Positions 38,884 to 47,964 of a stretch of 64,000 nt of DNA are shown piece after piece. The translations under genes were made by a program, and so were the position numbers. The stretch lies in contig CDROCS010004593.1 in the NCBI GenBank assembly GCA_977020255.1, positions 62,001 through 126,000 of the forward strand. Reading direction: 5' to 3'. Under the pieces are notes generated by a model that saw nothing but the letters and a program-made list of their open reading frames with translations, did not search any database and was not told where the DNA came from. Each line of letters starts with the position of its first letter. The first letter of the stretch is position 1. The stretch comes from Obrimoposthia wandeli. Its lineage: Eukaryota.

Positions 38884-39264
38884 CTAATCGTTTTGCAACG
38901 ATAACCATAAAATACATAAATGTCCACAGTTTCTCGTCGCAGGATCCTGATATTGTATCTTGTTGTAAAATACTCTTCTTCGTCCTTTTTGAATAGTTGA
39001 AACAAGTTTGTGTGGATAATACATTGCAAGTGGATCAAATACATGTATTGTCCACTCTCTAACATAAATAGCTATCCAATGTTCTCCTGGTAAATTCAAA
39101 GTATGAGTATTGATAATGTAACCTCCAGATTGAAAAAATGGAATCATATCAATAGGATAAACTCCATTGAATTTATCACCCAGGACCTTCTCTGCTGATT
39201 CTTTTACTTGTTTTGAACTAAATAAAAATTAATAAATATAAATTTAAAATATGTCTTACTCCAT
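38884..39264 (-). CDS. Adenain-like (Ulp1/C5-type) cysteine maturation protease, two exons
   Basis: GEHWIAIY, VFDP and QYQDPATRNCGHLC give the His/Asp/Gln/Cys catalytic set. ATG 39264, a 42-nt GT-AG intron (39259-39218) and MDSKQVKE..FNGVYPIDMIP restore the N-terminus. Confidence 0.9.
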
Positions 39265-39265
39265 T

Positions 39266-40495
39266 CTATAATATGACAGTTCTGTTTTTATTGATTTGTA
39301 TTTCCGAATCAAATACTCCGTAAATAAGCACCGTAGTAGGATTTGTTAAAGCTGCATTGAACTTAATTTCTAGTCGTAAATTTCCATCCTTTGGTAGTTG
39401 GCATTGGTTTATATCAAAGTCTGGTGCCAAAACAAATGTGAAGAACGGGCAGCTGTTTTTAAAGTCAGTGAAAGAAATACCATTGTTTATATTTTTATCT
39501 AGTTGACCCAAATTTCGAATAATAGATTGGGTATAAGCAAAAGCATAAGCGTTACCTTCGAAATCTGTTTTATATGTTTCACGATAATCAGTATTTCTTG
39601 AAAGTGTCACCGAACCTACACTAAGATTGTCAAATTGAGTTGCATCTGTCGTATAATTTCCTAGAAACTTTGCAGTTTTTTGAAAAGAAATTAAAATGAA
39701 TTTCGGTAATCTTACATCACCAAAAATTTGATCTTTATTAAAAGCTTGTGTACCCGTACCTAAAGAATAAGATATAAGTTTAGTTTCTCTAATAGGATAA
39801 CAAGCATTGTTTTTTTCCATTCCTATATTATGTGCCATTAAAACTGATTGCTCGGTTTTAACTCTTCGAGCATACAATTTTGCATCCAAAATATCAAGTC
39901 TAGGTTTTAGAATGTCCGTGCTTATCAAAGAAAAATTCCATTTATTACGTTTCAAACGAAGATGTACATTAACACCGGGAATTAAATATTTCGGTTGTTC
40001 AAAGAAATTCAATCTCAAAGACCCACACATTTCGTAAGCTTTAGAACCTGCAATCCATTCTTTGCGAGTTGCATCAGTTTTATCATAACCAATGGTTGCC
40101 AAAATAGTATTTTGAGTATCAGTACTATAATTCAAAAGACTTTCAATCAAAGCTTTATGAGCATAGGAAGAATTTCCACCTTCAATTTTGACATTATTAA
40201 GAGTAACAATGGCATCATTAAATAAAGAATTAAATAGATAATTTACAGGTGTTACATCGGCATTTTCATCTAAATTAGTACCATCCCGATTTAATACTTT
40301 TATTTGAACATAAAGCAAAGTATCATTCAAATCTAAATACTTGCTATTGGAACCATTAATATTAAATTCTAAATCGGTTAAAGTGGTTCCTGAAACTGAG
40401 TTAACAAGGAATATTTCTTCAAAGGAAGCATTATCTACAACTACTTGTGGAAGCGGTTTATCAAAAATACATAATTCAGTTTTGGCGCAACTCAT
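39266..40495 (-). CDS. Major capsid protein (double jelly roll, Polinton PY/hexon-like), intact 409 aa
   Basis: N-terminus CAKTELCIFDKPLPQ, NYLFNSLF, YLIPGVNVHLRLKRN and C-terminal GNLRLEIKFNAAL match the Polinton capsid pattern; position between protease and PX-like gene. Confidence 0.9.
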   Translation of the reverse strand: MSCAKTELCIFDKPLPQVVVDNASFEEIFLVNSVSGTTLTDLEFNINGSNSKYLDLNDTLLYVQIKVLNRDGTNLDENADVTPVNYLFNSLFNDAIVTLNNVKIEGGNSSYAHKALIESLLNYSTDTQNTILATIGYDKTDATRKEWIAGSKAYEMCGSLRLNFFEQPKYLIPGVNVHLRLKRNKWNFSLISTDILKPRLDILDAKLYARRVKTEQSVLMAHNIGMEKNNACYPIRETKLISYSLGTGTQAFNKDQIFGDVRLPKFILISFQKTAKFLGNYTTDATQFDNLSVGSVTLSRNTDYRETYKTDFEGNAYAFAYTQSIIRNLGQLDKNINNGISFTDFKNSCPFFTFVLAPDFDINQCQLPKDGNLRLEIKFNAALTNPTTVLIYGVFDSEIQINKNRTVIL

Positions 40496-40869
40496 TTTGC
40501 AAATATTGTTCCTTCAACATTTTTACGTTTGTTTATATTAATTTTTAGCTTCTTTTTACTTTTAAATCCACTACCTCCTTGGCTTTTATTTGATTTACGT
40601 TTTCTAATCAAATTAGCAACTTCAGGTAAAACATTATCAAGTTCATCAAGTGCATGCTTCTTAAAAGTTGGTATTAGTTTATTGTCATTAGATGAAAGGT
40701 AATCCTTTCCTAATTTTGATATAAATCGCCCGAGTCTCTTTAAAAGAGGATAGGCAAATCTACCTAATGTTCTAAGCCAGCCAGATCCGTATTGTTTACC
40801 AATAAAATATGGTAATTCTCCACCGTGTTGGCTTTGACTATAAGCTTCAACTATTGCTGGATTCGCCCT
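40492..40869 (-). pseudogene. Polinton PX-like small basic core/virion protein; start codon apparently mutated (AGG)
   Basis: Open 125-codon frame missed by the track: ANPAIVEAYSQSQHGGELPYFIGKQYGSGWLRTLGRFAYPLLKRLGRFISKLGK...QGGSGFKSKKK. Its TGA overlaps the capsid ATG (ATGA). Confidence 0.7.
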
Positions 40870-41906
40870 TTTGTTTTCTTAAATGTATTGTTAAACTTGT
40901 CTTGGACCCATACGTGAAATCTATTAGTTGTGCGGAATCATCTCTAATATTTACTTCAATATTGTTTATAGAAAAGAGAGAAACTGGAAGATACATTGGT
41001 TGATCTATACACATACCGACAGCATCCTCATCTCTAGTTTCATTTTTAGATATCCATATTGTTCTCAAAAGTGGAACTCGCTGTCCTCCTACAAGCGTTG
41101 ATTCTATTAAATTAGTATAAATATATAAATGCTTAACAACATTTAAAGGTTTTGCCTTATTTTTTAGCTTTTATGGTTTTTATTGTATGGGTTTCAAGGG
41201 TATTTCTGTTTAAACCAAGGTTTTTAGTGAGTTTATCATCAAATGAAACCCGTTTTATGCTGCTCTTTACTGTAAACGTTAATTTACCATTTAATGTTAC
41301 ACATTTATCCAAATATTCACTACATTCCTTCTGTATTAATTTACATAAATACACTTCACTATCTATTTTATTATCTTTTGAAAACCTTTTCAGTTCCACT
41401 ACAGTCTTTGGTCTCGTTTCAAGTAACAACACTTTTGCTACTCTACCAGGAACATTTTTAACCGATTTAGATGAGACAATATCCCGTTTATTACGAGCTA
41501 CTGTTTGTTCACTATCAAAACTGAATTGAAGAGCTTCTTTTTTAGATTCAAAATTAATTTTAATAACTTGAAGAAATTTTAATCGATTTTTAAATCTGAC
41601 TTTGTTATTTTCAAATATTACTTTCACTTCTTTATCTATACAATTGTAATAGAATTGTCCTTTACTATGAAACCCGATCACAATTTCAGTTGTTTTTTCA
41701 TGATCAACTTCTTTTGTAAACGAAATATGTGAGTTTTTTTTGATAGTAATTGGAGAATAATAAAAAGAAAATTCTGTTAAAGCCGCTTCCCATTCTCCTT
41801 GGAGATTTATAGAATTTTCCCAATCGATAATAAAGCTACTAGCGTCATTATCTGGTTGAGTCTTCGGACATCCGTTACTTGGTAAAACCATATACATAGA
41901 ATTCAT
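40847..41906 (-). pseudogene. Minor capsid/penton (single jelly roll, Polinton PZ-like), one frameshift at ~41165
   Basis: MYMVLPSN..PDN..GEWEAALTEFSF N-terminus; after a shift in an A-run, LYIYTNLIESTLVGGQRVPLLR..PMYLPV..IEVNIRDD..LTIHLRK C-terminus. Confidence 0.9.
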
Positions 41907-42930
41907 ATTATATTAGATGCTGATATCCAAGTTGGATCTGAATAACCATGCCATTTAACATAGTATTGTTTATGTTTACCGACACCCTTAGATTTTAATA
42001 TTTTTTGAATACGGAAAACGCTAGGTTTATTTGATATTACTTGTAGTTCTTGCTCGTAAAATTTACCGTGAACGATATTATTGTCAGCATCTTTAATAGT
42101 ATACATTATTGGATTACTCTTTTGATCAATTTTACTTATACAAAATATTTCATCGCTCCAATTCTAATCAAAGTTTTTAATAAATGGAGTAGAGCTAATT
42201 TTCGAAATTCGAACAGATTCGTTTTTCTTATATTTAGCTCTTTTAATTTTTTCTTTTTTATTCCTGTTCATCCAAATGTCCATAGAGTTTTTATTAGTAA
42301 CATCAACAGGTCTCATTCCCTTGAGACCTCTATGTTCAGAGTGATTATATGCATGTATTATTTTAGGTAAAACTTGGATCCATTTTTTATTTCCTTCTTT
42401 TGTGAAATACTTTTTATTCGACCTCTTAGAGTACGATTAAATCTTTCTACTACTGCTGCTTTGTATTGTGAAAACACAGAGTAATGATTTATATTATTTT
42501 GTTTAAATAAGGATTGAACTTGCTTATTATAAAATTCATTCCCTAAATCAGTTTGTACATTTTGTGGAATGTCCTCTTTCAATATTTCTTTAATGGCTTC
42601 AAGCATAGCTATTGAAGACTTTGCTTTAACTGGAATTGCACGAGCAAACCTGCTAAATACATCAATACATGTTAAAATATATCGATATCCCTTATTAATG
42701 GAAGAATATGGGATCATCTCCATCAAATCCATTTGCAATAAATTATTAGAACCGCTGGTTTTGTAAGCTCTAGTTGGAAACCTTCTTCTCATCGGCTTGT
42801 TCAGACTGTAGGCTAACTGGTCGCTCAGCCATTTCTGCGTTTTCTTGTAATTTTGTTTTGTTCTTTTTGCTAATTTTGAAACTCCTGTGTAGCCAATTGG
42901 ATCTTTTGGATTGAACCATATCTTCTCCAT
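41903..42930 (-). pseudogene. Retroviral-like (rve) integrase with C-terminal chromodomain
   Basis: QMDL, IDVFSRFA, QTDLGNEF, VERFNRTL give D-D-E; after a frameshift (~42410) YNHSEHRGLKGMRP and FYEQELQ; chromodomain FRIQKILK..YYVKWHGY. One stop near 42160. Confidence 0.95.
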
Positions 42931-43016
42931 TACAACAATTTGAATAGAAAGAAAATTTAAGTTTAGGTAAAGAAGGGCTAGCACCCATATCTTTAGCTGA
43001 TTTTAGAAATAATTGT

Positions 43017-43344
43017 TTATGAACGTGTCGCAGCTATAATACTACTGATAATTGAAGCAACAACTGGAATAACAGCCCCTATGAAACCATCATTCTGTTT
43101 AAGAATAATATTTCGTTTCCTTTTTTTTTTTTACATTAGCAATATCTAGAAGAGTTTTTCTATATTTCTTTAATATATTTTTCCGATTTCCAACTTTTAC
43201 TCGACCCAAAACTATATTATACAAAACTTCCAATAAATCATCTACAACAAAGGATGGAAATGCTTTAAGAATAATCATTCTCTTATTAGAAGAGGCTTTG
43301 ACTAAAGCTTTAAAATAGGGTATGCTTCTTTGTATTTTCTTCAT
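43017..43344 (-). pseudogene. Polinton PW-like small protein, frameshift in A-run at ~43125
   Basis: LVKASSNKRMIILK..DDLLEVLYNIVLGRV, then RKRNIILKQNDGFIGAVIPVVASIISSII: basic stretch, QxGG-like site and amphipathic tail typical of this Polinton ORF. Confidence 0.7.
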
Positions 43345-43359
43345 TTTAATAAAAAAGGT

Positions 43360-43513
43360 TCAATTTAAATATTGTTTATATTCGAAGCCATTTAAGTTTT
43401 TTTTATTTTTAACTACAGATTTGATTAATTTTTTCACTTCTTTTTCTTAATGATTCTTTTTTTGATTTCTTAGATTTTACTTTACGTTTTACTATCAACT
43501 TTGTAAAAGGCAT
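43360..43513 (-). pseudogene. ~50-aa lysine-rich peptide (one frameshift)
   Basis: MPFTKLIVKRKVKSKKSKKRIIKK then EVKKLIKSVVKNKKNLNGFEYKQYLN*, filling the gap between ATPase stop and PW start. Confidence 0.4.
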
Positions 43514-43520
43514 TGCGAAT

Positions 43521-44168
43521 TTATTTTTTATAATTGTTCTCTATTTGTTTATAAACAGTTACTCCCTTAGAATTAAATATGTCTGTTAAAACACGTAAAT
43601 CATCTGGGCAAGCTTGTGTAAAGTCAATAAATATATACCCATGTGCTTGTTTAGCAGCATCGTGGAATGAATCAACTAGAAAGTTCTTATTTTGAGGAAA
43701 TGCCTGTCTGGCCACAAAATCAACAACTGTTTGATCTCTAGGATTTTTAAATAAAACTAAGTAATGTACATTAAGATTTCTTGTTCTATGGTGACCTCCT
43801 TGGTGAAACAGATTTTGAGTGATAAATATAACTGTAACTTCACGATGTCTTGCAATCTTTGTAAATAAATTATTAAAGTTCGATTCCTTGTTAGCTTCCT
43901 CATACAAATCATCAATTATTATTACATCTTCTTTTTTCAATCTTTCACACCAATTTGCATCAAATCCTTCAATAAATTTTATACCCTTCAACTTGCAAAC
44001 TTCTGTTTTGGTTAACCCGCTTTCCCCTCCTCCACCATGATGCCAATAAATATTTTTGAAACTAGATTTGAAAAGAGATTCATTTTGCAACAATTTACAG
44101 ACGAAATGTGTCTTTCCACTTCCACTTGGGCCAACTATTTGAAATACAGCATTATTATTTAGCTCCAT
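43521..44168 (-). CDS. A32/FtsK-like genome-packaging ATPase, intact 215 aa
   Basis: Walker A GPSGSGKT, Walker B IIIDD, RH motif (KIARHRE), FITQNLF, YLVLFKNPRD, GYIFIDF. Confidence 0.95.
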   Translation of the reverse strand: MELNNNAVFQIVGPSGSGKTHFVCKLLQNESLFKSSFKNIYWHHGGGGESGLTKTEVCKLKGIKFIEGFDANWCERLKKEDVIIIDDLYEEANKESNFNNLFTKIARHREVTVIFITQNLFHQGGHHRTRNLNVHYLVLFKNPRDQTVVDFVARQAFPQNKNFLVDSFHDAAKQAHGYIFIDFTQACPDDLRVLTDIFNSKGVTVYKQIENNYKK

Positions 44169-44205
44169 TGCTTATACTCTTTCATTTTTAATATTGTTTA
44201 TATTA

Positions 44206-44478
44206 TCATAGAAGTTTCCTTATTGAAATGTACAATGTTAGAGCTATTGTAGATGAAATACAAAAATTAATTAATGAATATTTGGCTATAATTTTATTTA
44301 TTTGTGTACGATTTCTAAATTCTCGAATAACGTGTGATCTAACCAATATTTCAATGTTATCTCTTGTTATATCATTATTTTTTAATTCTGATAAAATTTA
44401 TTTACCCCTAATTTTTCCAGAAAATATTTCATCGGCAAGCCGATCCACTTCATTGTCTCTATTTATAGTATTATTCAT
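44206..44478 (-). pseudogene. 90-codon ORF with C-terminal hydrophobic helix, one in-frame stop
   Basis: MNNTINRDNEVDRLADEIFSGKIRGK*ILSELK...KYSLINFCISSTIALTLYISIRKLL; same orientation as neighbours and fills the ATPase-TBP gap. Confidence 0.45.
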
Positions 44479-44562
44479 TTGAAACAATAAGTTTAAACGG
44501 GGTTTGTTTATAGAAAAAAGATAACAAGATGTAATAAGATATATTTTCTAAAATCAAATCAA

Positions 44563-45003
44563 TTAGACTGGATAATCAAAATTTTTCAGTCCCAATATCA
44601 TAACTTTACCACTGGAAAATATATTTACACATAGCGGTTTAAACTTCAAATAACTGAGAGCAGGAAAAATTTCTGGTTTAAACATGCATTCTTCTTTCAT
44701 TTTCTCTGCAGTTTTAAAAAGATTTATCTGTTTCCCGAGATTAGCCGAAATCGTGATTGATTGTATTGCAGTGATTTGAATACCAAATGGTAAATTGAAC
44801 CCAAGCATTGGTATTTTGCATCCCATAACACGACAATTTCCTAAAGAATTCAATATAAAAATAAAATAAAAAACTAACCTGTAGGAAAAATAACAACTGT
44901 GAAATTGTCAAACTTTCCTACATATTTTCTCGGCATCCATTCATTGAATGGTAAGTACGAAACATCATCTTCTACCTTTATAATTTATATTTACGAGTTT
45001 CAT
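44563..45003 (-). pseudogene. Compact TATA-binding-protein-like (two TBP repeats), 38-nt intron and one frameshift
   Basis: Repeat 2: IQSITISANLGKQINL..FKPEIFPALSY..VNIFSSGKVMILGLK (TBP: IQNIVGS..YEPELFPGLIY..LIFVSGKVVLTGAK). Repeat 1: MKLVNINYKG..TVVIFPTG/NCRVMGCK joined across GT-AG intron 44878-44841. Confidence 0.85.
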
Positions 45004-45181
45004 TAGACTGAAATTGTATTCTGTAAAATCTTCTTTATATATGTCTGAACCTGCTTTTTTATTGCACGTTTCTTGTAATTATCTTGCAAACCTATTATAA
45101 TTGGATGATATATTTAGTCCAATCAAATTCAATGCTTTTGTTATATTAACCAATGAGATTCATGTTTTTGTTAGAAATTAG

Positions 45182-45188
45182 TATAAAA
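45182..45188 (+). promoter_or_regulatory. Candidate TATA box in the divergent intergenic region
   Basis: TATAAAA with initiator-like TCACAGT ~30 nt downstream (45211) and ATG at 45220. Confidence 0.5.
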
Positions 45189-45219
45189 GAATGCGCCATT
45201 GGAGGACAAATCACAGTAA

Positions 45220-45696
45220 ATGCATTCATATCAAAGACAATTATCAACGATGGACGATAGCCAACGGGTATTAAGCGATGACGAAGAAATGTTTGAAGAA
45301 TCGGATAAGGATATGTATGAAGAAGTGAAACAATATTTCAAATACAAAGTCAGATTCTTGAAGAAGGCTCAGCTGATTGCTTTAGTAAATCCTGTGACAA
45401 TTGAAAGAAGAAAGTTCAGCTACTATCTATCAGGTATTCAAAAACCTGATTTTCAATATCTTAAACAGAAAATAGAAAAGGCAGTTCCAAATTTTACTTT
45501 CAATAAGAACGAATTTTATATCCGAGGAGCCGATGAAGCATTTCTAGATGACTATGGAAGATATGTTGATATTGATGCGTTTCCGAAAAAGAAGCAATGG
45601 ACTGTAACAATTCGACTTTATGGTTACAAGAAAGATGAAATGGGAACAAAGTTGCCTATGTGGAAAATTGAACGTGCTCATATTTATATGTTTTAA
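45220..45696 (+). CDS. Unknown protein, paralogue A (148-158 aa, acidic N-terminus)
   Basis: Intact ORF; start at 45220 or 45250; aligns by eye to the next ORF. Confidence 0.8.
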   Translation: MHSYQRQLSTMDDSQRVLSDDEEMFEESDKDMYEEVKQYFKYKVRFLKKAQLIALVNPVTIERRKFSYYLSGIQKPDFQYLKQKIEKAVPNFTFNKNEFYIRGADEAFLDDYGRYVDIDAFPKKKQWTVTIRLYGYKKDEMGTKLPMWKIERAHIYMF

Positions 45697-45829
45697 CTTT
45701 TGTGTGTAATAAATTGTAATCGGTTTTACTATGTTTCTTTCATTTAATAATCAGTTTTATTTGTATCTTATTTGTATATTATGTATATTTTTTATAAACA
45801 TTGTTTTTAATCAGTTTCCTTATTTTAGA

Positions 45830-46217
45830 ATGGATAAAAGATGTGTAGCAAATTTTTATTATCCAGAAAGAATTTCAAAAGGAAAACTGTGTAATATATT
45901 AAAGAGGCATCAAATTATACGAGTTATAAATCCTGTGAAAATATCAAAAGTGGAGAAAAAATATCTCATCGAAATTTTAACAACAACTGATTTTGATCAA
46001 CTGAAAAATATTTTGGGATTTTACATTCCTGATTATGTATATGAAGGAAATTGTTTCGAGCTTGAAACTGATCCCAGTCTGGATTTTAAAGATTGCTCCA
46101 ATTCTAGATGAAGAACTATGGAATATCTCAATACGTCTGAATGGATATTTTGCTGATGACGGGACAATGCAGCCTCTCTGGACTTTGAGTGAAGCCAATA
46201 TGTTGTTTTATGTTTAA
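45830..46217 (+). pseudogene. Unknown protein, paralogue B, one frameshift at ~46085
   Basis: MDKRCVANFYYPE..LKRHQIIRVINPVKI..TDFDQLK..IPDYVY, then (shifted) WNISIRLNGY..GTMQPLWTLSEA. Confidence 0.7.
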
Positions 46218-46342
46218 TAAATATTTTGAAAAATAATTTTGTCTCGTATTTTGTTTTTGCTCCTCTAAATTATATAGATCTGACCGATGTTTTTCGTGCC
46301 TGTAGATCAAGAATGAAGCCCGCCCCAAAGGGGCGGGCGGAG

Positions 46343-46599
46343 NNNNNNNNNNNNNNNNNNNNNNNNNNNNNNNNNNNNNNNNNNNNNNNNNNNNNNNNNN
46401 NNNNNNNNNNNNNNNNNNNNNNNNNNNNNNNNNNNNNNNNNNNNNNNNNNNNNNNNNNNNNNNNNNNNNNNNNNNNNNNNNNNNNNNNNNNNNNNNNNNN
46501 NNNNNNNNNNNNNNNNNNNNNNNNNNNNNNNNNNNNNNNNNNNNNNNNNNNNNNNNNNNNNNNNNNNNNNNNNNNNNNNNNNNNNNNNNNNNNNNNNNN
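46343..46599. other. Assembly gap (257 N)
   Basis: Run of N; flanked by a GC hairpin on the left and a tandem array on the right. Confidence 1.
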
Positions 46600-46603
46600 G
46601 TGT

Positions 46604-46737
46604 GAGAGCGAGACATCCTTACATCGCCAAGCTAGTCTGTGACCTATATGAGAGCGAGATATCCGTACATCGCCAAGCTAGTCTGTGACCTATATGAGAG
46701 CGAGATATCCGTACATCGCAGGACTAGTCTGTGACCA
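46604..46737. repeat. 46-bp tandem repeat, at least 3 units, abutting the gap
   Basis: gagagcgagatatccgtacatcgccaagctagtctgtgacctatat starts at 46604, 46650, 46696. Confidence 0.9.
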
Positions 46738-46760
46738 ATGTCGGTCCCGAGCCCTTCGCC

Positions 46761-46867
46761 CCCCCTTGTCTTTTAAAACCGTGCATGTGTGTGGAGTAAA
46801 ATTTCACTCCACACACCTACACGAAATTTCACTCCACACACATGCACGGATTTAAAGGACAAGGGGG
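46761..46867. repeat. Subterminal palindrome (~45-bp arms)
   Basis: cccccttgtcttttaaaaccgtgcatgtgtgtggagtaaaatttc pairs with gaaatttcactccacacacatgcacggatttaaaggacaaggggg with ~3 mismatches; 17-nt loop repeats part of the arm. Confidence 0.9.
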
Positions 46868-46874
46868 AGGGGGG

Positions 46875-46904
46875 TGTGGATTAGACCGGACACATCCACC
46901 TACT
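46875..46904 (-). repeat. Polinton right terminus (AGTAGGT... read inward)
   Basis: Reverse complement AGTAGGTGGATGTGTCCGGTCTAATCCAC; followed by ATCGGT and a return to AT-rich DNA. Confidence 0.8.
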
Positions 46905-47964
46905 ATCGGTAAATTTAAAATATTCCATAACTCTGTTTGTTATTTGTGAATATTTTGACCAAACTGCAATCATCATCGTTATTTTTAGTTGCATTTATAT
47001 GGTCAATGCACGTGGCTCAAGAGACTTATATAAATGTTTTTGTTTTTTGTGGGAATATATATTTTTTGAAAATAATTCAGATATAGAATTCAAATCTGGC
47101 ATTGATCGGCAGCCAATGGAGCTTCATTAAATGTTTATTTGTACTAACACATTTTCTTTAATTTTAATATAATCCTTAATTTGTTTAATCCATTTTACAA
47201 GCGATTTAATTGATAATCTGGAATATAAAACAATAAAGAGTTGTAAAAATAAATGTGTAATGTGATAATGTCGTGCGCTAGCATTGTATTTATCTCAGTA
47301 GTACGGTATTTTAATAATAGATTAATCTTTTTGATATGACTGTTGTTTGTTCTTATTACTTGATTAATTTGACGATCGATTGTAATGTTTTCATTGAGAA
47401 TGCAATCAATGTTCTTTATTTTACTTTTTATATTAATAATTTTATGAATTAAACTTATTTTTTCTTTAAAACAGTTTATATTATTCTTATATCCAAATAA
47501 TATAGCCCCATCTTCCATTGTTTTGATATCATCCATATAGCTATTTTGTTAATAAAATATTCCATTTCAGAAAATGGGATTTCAGGCATTAGAATAAAGA
47601 TCAAAATAAAATTTATGAGTCATCAGCACAAAGGTGGAAATAAATATTTAATTTCTTAATAATGGCTACGATTGACGAAGTATAGATGGAAAATAGGATT
47701 GGATCGAGATCCAAACCCTGAACACTGCACTTTAAATATACAGAATCTGCGATAGTGTCATCAATTAAGATAGATTATTCAGCAAATGTAAATAAAATTT
47801 AAACAAATTCAGCTCCTTTTCAAATCTTTAAATAATATTTAATTATTAACAGTATCGATATACGACTCAAGATGCTAAATTTTAAGCCTAATGTTAACAA
47901 TTCAAAAAACTTTGGTATCTGAAGTTGATTATTAACGCCACGGATTACCTCAGTGAGTAGTATA

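Larger units (their letters stand above)
31480..46904. mobile_element. Polinton/Maverick-like (adintovirus-like) endogenous element, partly pseudogenised; left TIR not found
   Basis: Complete core set (pPolB, protease, major and minor capsid, integrase, packaging ATPase) and a right terminus ...CCACCTACT at 46904. The terminus lies beyond an N gap. Left boundary is approximate. Confidence 0.95.

Noticed and set aside
44914-44971. Alternative 58-nt intron in the TBP-like gene that would remove the frameshift
   Set aside because: GT..AG and frame fit, but the segment is not AT-rich like the other introns and removing it deletes most of the first TBP repeat. A 1-nt frameshift is preferred; cDNA would decide.
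46128-46642. Track ORFs spanning the N run
   Set aside because: Artefacts of translating the assembly gap.
47195-47536. 113-aa Ile/Asn/Lys-rich minus-strand ORF outside the Polinton terminus
   Set aside because: Composition follows AT bias, no motif; cannot be supported as a gene.
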